This document shows positions 59,501 to 64,000 of a DNA stretch of 64,000 nt, one piece after another. The number at the start of each line of letters is the position of its first letter. Within the stretch, counting starts at the first letter, position 1. The translations under genes and the position numbers were made by a program. This DNA is from Raillietiella orientalis. Its lineage: Eukaryota. Where the stretch lies: contig JAYWIR010000003.1 of assembly GCA_036172245.1 (NCBI GenBank), forward strand, positions 1 to 64,000, read 5' to 3'. The notes under the pieces were generated by a model, which worked only from the letters and a program-made list of their open reading frames with translations, had not been told where the DNA came from and searched no databases.

Positions 59501-62500
59501 CGCGCGATTTGTCCGCCACGAACGCGGATGATGCCGGACTCGAAAAGAGTCCGGCAAAAAGCGTCTTCGGGGTGGGGGTGGGGTCGATGCGACGGTTCGC
59601 TGGACCGTGAACGGTGGCGGCGGAGCTGGAAGGCGCAGGCAGCTTTTCTAGACGATCGGCGGCGTCTGTTCGACTCGGTTGCTCCCAAGGTCCGATGCCG
59701 GTGTCCGATGTCCGGTCGAACGAACGTTTTCCCTGGCGCTTGCCGCCGGCCTTAGCCGTGGCAGCGAGGATGTCTTACTCCTGCTCACACGCGGTGCTCG
59801 TACCGCGGCCTCCCTGATCTCACCAGCCGCCATCTCCGACCACCCGCCTCTGACCGTAACTCTGACGCAGCCCGCGGTTTCCAAGATGGAGGTGGTTTAG
59901 GGGACACGGTGGTGGGGGTGATGGCAGCCGTAGCTGAGGGCTGCTGCAGTGCTGTTGAGCGCACGCATTCTCTCTCTCCCTGCGTGCCGATGACCGTGCT
60001 CGAACCGTGTCTTTATGCTTTCGTTGCCTGGGAAACCGACGTAGAAATCGCAAGGGCCGTATTCTGTTTCTACTTGCAGGACAATCGCCTCGTCGCCCCA
60101 CTTGGCTTCAGGGGGGGGAGGGTAGACGGCGGTTGCGCGCAGAGGGTCGTCACAGAGAGGCCGTCTGGCCTGGAGAAGACCCAGTGAGGTCTCTGTGTGC
60201 TTTTTGTTGTTTGAGGCAAAACTTCGACTGCGCTCGTGGTAGCCGGTGGGAGGAGTGGAAAGAAAGGCGCCCAGCCATTGCATTTGTTGCCCGTCGGGTT
60301 ACATCTCCCGGGCACATCACACTTCTGGTCCAGACGGACATCATCTTGCGAGCTGCTCCCTTCCCTCGCTGCGGCCATTTCGCCCTCGGGAAAGAACGGC
60401 TCTCTCTCGTTTTCGGTGTTGTCGCTGGCTCTTGGCGCGTCTGCACGAAATGCATGGTCTACGCTGTGCGGCATCCGAGATTCTTTCAGCAGAGCGGTGG
60501 CTGCCAGCTTAGTCGCGGTACTTTCGTTTGTGCTTCCAAATCTTTTCCGGCGCGCGTCTGCATCGTATTTTCAAACGAATCCCGTCCCGTACCATCGGCA
60601 AGCGTACTCGGTAGTGCGGCTCGCAGCACACGTCTTCCTCGAGCCCATTTTTTTGTACGCATCTTTTCACTATACGTCGCTTCAACCGAATCTGTTTATT
60701 TAGTCGCCTATTTTCTCTCCTGTGTGCTGCTTCGTTCCCGCGCAGCTCCGACTTCCGCGCTTGTCGATTTGTGAATCCGAGGGTGAGGAGAGAGGAAAAA
60801 AAAAATTGCCTTGCAAGAAATTCTTGCAGCCTTTGCAAGGGAAGATTGCCTCCCTCCCCTCCCCCCCTCCATCCTCCCTACGGGAAAGGCAGATTTCAGT
60901 TCGCCCCACCGATAGGGGGAAAAAAAAGTGAAACAAAAAACAAGTGCACGTAGGGCATCATCATCCAGAAGAACGCAAGTAGTCATGGAAGGTTGCAGCA
61001 GCCAACGCGGTTGCCTTGGAAACGTCTGAGTCTTGCAGTCGCAACAATGCAGAAGTCAAGGGTACGGGCGCGAGTTTTTTTTTTTTCTTCTTCTTTTGAG
61101 CCTTTCCAGGTGCCGCATGAGAATTACGTTTTTGTGTTTTCGCTTTTCGAGTGTTTTTTTTTTTTTTTCTTGAAAAAAGGTTGAACACGCAGTGTTGACG
61201 ACACTTTTTCGGCGCGCCGTCTGGAAAGGGGAACCCTGCGTGCCGAGGCTGGTGGTGACAGGCGTTCCTTATCGTAGCCATCCGAACGCTCGATTCCCCT
61301 CGAAGTTTCCCATGGAAGTTTCACGATTTCCAGGAACCGACCGAAACGACTGTCTCGGGATGGGTGGGCAGGGCAACTGCGATCACTGTAGAATGATAAG
61401 TAGCGGCGGTAAGGCCACACTGTCATCTTTCGAACTCGGGGTCACATGGTGGTGCAACGCAGGACCAAAGGGCAAGCGCGCTGGGCGCACCAATCGCACC
61501 GGTCGATACGTGTGGCCTCAGCAGCTTCTCCGAATCTCGGCTGCTCCTCGAGGTTGGCAGGTGAGCCTCCTCCCGGAGTAGAGAGGAAGCCGCGCCAAGA
61601 AGGTTGCAAGCGTGCTGCGTGTGGTAGTCAGGCCGAAACCCCAGCGGACGGAAAGAGTGCTTCTCCGAGCTCGTCGCATGGAAACGCAAGTGGTAATCTT
61701 ATCGGAAGGAGAGCACGATAAAACTCCACCACCTGAATTCAAGGACTGACCAAAGCTCTCCTTCTTTTCGAGCAGCTCAGTTTAAAAGATATATATATAT
61801 ATATAAAGAAGAAGCAGCAGTAAACAGATGAAGGCTAGCATGGCGAATAGTTCCCTTCTGGAAAAGTGCCCACAGACGAAAAGAGCTCCGCGAAGCGCAG
61901 GAGAGCAGGGATTTCCAAAGGGGTGGCCGGTGGGAGGAACTCGAGCTGGTTTGCGGGCGCAGGAAACAAAAGTTTCAAAACACGCAGAATAATTTTCAAG
62001 CACTTAAGCAAAAAAAAAGAAAGAGCAAGAAGAAGATGGAGGCGATAATGCTATCTCTTGATGGGAACATCAGTGATTGTGCGTCGTAAATTCTTGTGGA
62101 TGAGCAAGGCTTGGAAAGAAAGGAAAAAAAATAAAAACGAGCGAAGAAGAAAACATTAATAAACATGTCAAGCGCGGAACTTTTCTGCTCTGGGCAAATC
62201 TATTAAACTTCGTCCGCATTACGCGTGCATCGGTAGGGGCTGGTGGAACGGTAAGAGAGGAAGAAAAGGAAAAAAAAAAAAAAAATGAAATCATTAATTC
62301 CCGAGGATCAACACGGTCTGCGATGGTATAGAAGTCGGCCCACGGGTGCCATGTGAATTAGCATGATCTTGGGAGATGCATGACTTGTCAGGTGTGTCTC
62401 CACCGGCGGGCCAGCGTTTCCTCGTGTTTGCTCTTTCGTAGTAGGGCAGTCATCTATCAGAATGCGGAATGGGGAACCCCGTAAACTTTGCGAGAGAGCC

Positions 62501-63607
62501 GGAGTCGCTCTTCCTTTCTTTCCTCCCGTTCCTTCTTGTTCCCAGGGTGCCGTTCCTCGTCTCGTGAGTCTCGCTCGCTGTTACCAACCGTGAAATCCGC
62601 GTGCAGCGCAGCGGGCGCGCGATCCGCGTCGAACGGGCAACGCAGAACGGAACCGCGGAGGGGAGTTCGTCACGGGTGGGAACGCGGAATCGACGCTTAC
62701 AGAGCGAGCAGACGCCGCGCACCTCGAATTTGCTGCTGCTGACCTCATTCGGTGCGGCGTCGGATGCGCTTATCGGGGGGCGGGGGGGTTCCGTAGCGAA
62801 CCCTTCCAACGCCCACCCACCCTTTGGACTCCCCCCCCCCCTGTACCCGGTTTCTGGACCAGGGCCTCGCGAGTCGGCCGTTCTCCAGCGCCTCCCATAG
62901 CCAGGGGTGATGGTGGTGCGTGACCGCCGTCTTCGCCTTTCGCCTCATCGCGGCGGTGCTTTCCCCCCGCGCCCATTCGCTCGGACTGCGGGTGCAATCG
63001 CGAGAGCACTTTGCAGCCTGGGAGTCGAACGCAGGAGGCTCACTTGAAGTCCCACTCCCGGAGGGACGCCGAAACGTCCGCCGTCAGCTTGTGTGCGCTT
63101 CACCTCGGGGGCAGGTCCACCGCCTCGTCGTTGGCCGACTCGACGGTGGCGCAGGTTAAGCCTGCAGTGCCGCAGGCCCGTAAAGCCCTCGCGTGAGCCG
63201 AGCCGCCCAGTCTCGGCCAGATAGGGATGCAGTCTGTCGGATGTCCCGCAGGCTCGGAGCAGATGCCGGAAGAGGACGAAACCCGCGGGACCGTGCAGGA
63301 GAGGAAGGGTACGCCGAGGTCCCAAGAGAAGCATCCCGATGGCTCCTGCCAGGATGCGCGTAACGATCCATGTTGTGGTCAAGAGTGGACTCGAGATGGG
63401 AAGAGTGTTTGCAGGGGCAGCGTTCGTCTCTTTGGCGGGGACTTGTGACGAGTGCAGCTGCGGAGGAGGAGTTGTTGGCTTCAGCTGACGGCGGAGAAGC
63501 AGGGAAAGATAATTAAGGGACGATGGAAAGGGCTGAAACCTGATGCGGTGGGGTCCTCCAGGATAAGAAGAAGAGAAAGAACAGAAAGAAGCCAGAAGCC
63601 AAAATCA

Positions 63608-64000
63608 TATAGAAAGATAGATGCATAGGTATGCATACATATATGCGTATCTATTTATATGCACATATGTGTGTACATATATGTGCATATATCTATATCT
63701 ATATATGTATGTGTGTATATCTATCTGCATGTATATTATGCATATCTACCTATCTGTACTTACCGATCTATCTATCTATATCCATCTACATGTAGGTATA
63801 TGTCTATATTTACATCTATCTACATCTATCTGTCTACATAGTTGTATAGATATGTGTAATATCTATGCGGATAGATATACATACATACATGTATAAATAT
63901 ATGCATGTATATATATGTATGCAAATGTGAATGTATAGAAACACAGGTTAGGTACATAGAGATAGCAATACATACGTATATCTATCCATATCTCTGTATA
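63608..64000. repeat. Degenerate TA/TG/CA/TATC microsatellite field
   Basis: Directly visible; runs to the window end. Confidence 0.85.

Overview
Eukaryotic (animal-like) genomic DNA in three compositionally distinct blocks. (1) 1-~18.6 kb, GC-rich: a gap-free nest of at least eight pieces of one L1/Tx1-group non-LTR retrotransposon lineage. ORF1 has two CX2CX4HX4C knuckles; ORF2 has an APE endonuclease, an RT and a C-terminal Cys/His finger. At least four diverged ORF1 subfamilies are joined head-to-tail, head-to-head and tail-to-tail, and no copy is intact. Comparing the copies reveals a conserved internal promoter motif (GGACGTG, DPE-like) and a structured, poly(A)-less 3' end (two covarying hairpins, AATAAA, then a terminal CCCGG-N5/6-CCGGG hairpin). 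It also reveals an in-frame ORF1/ORF2 chimera and a composite insert with a tRNA-like segment. (2) ~18.6-36 kb, AT-rich: a restriction-like-endonuclease retroelement relic, the spliced housekeeping genes PPCS (-), TMEM134 (+) and BUD23/WBSCR22 (+) with many 41-52 nt introns, decayed LINE pieces, and an open histone H3 ORF missing 18 tail residues so that the K9 and K27 ARKS motifs collapse into one. (3) ~36-64 kb, GC-rich: no credible gene; faint, highly decayed LINE ORF2 motifs and simple repeats. All calls come from reading the sequence by eye; no database searches were run.
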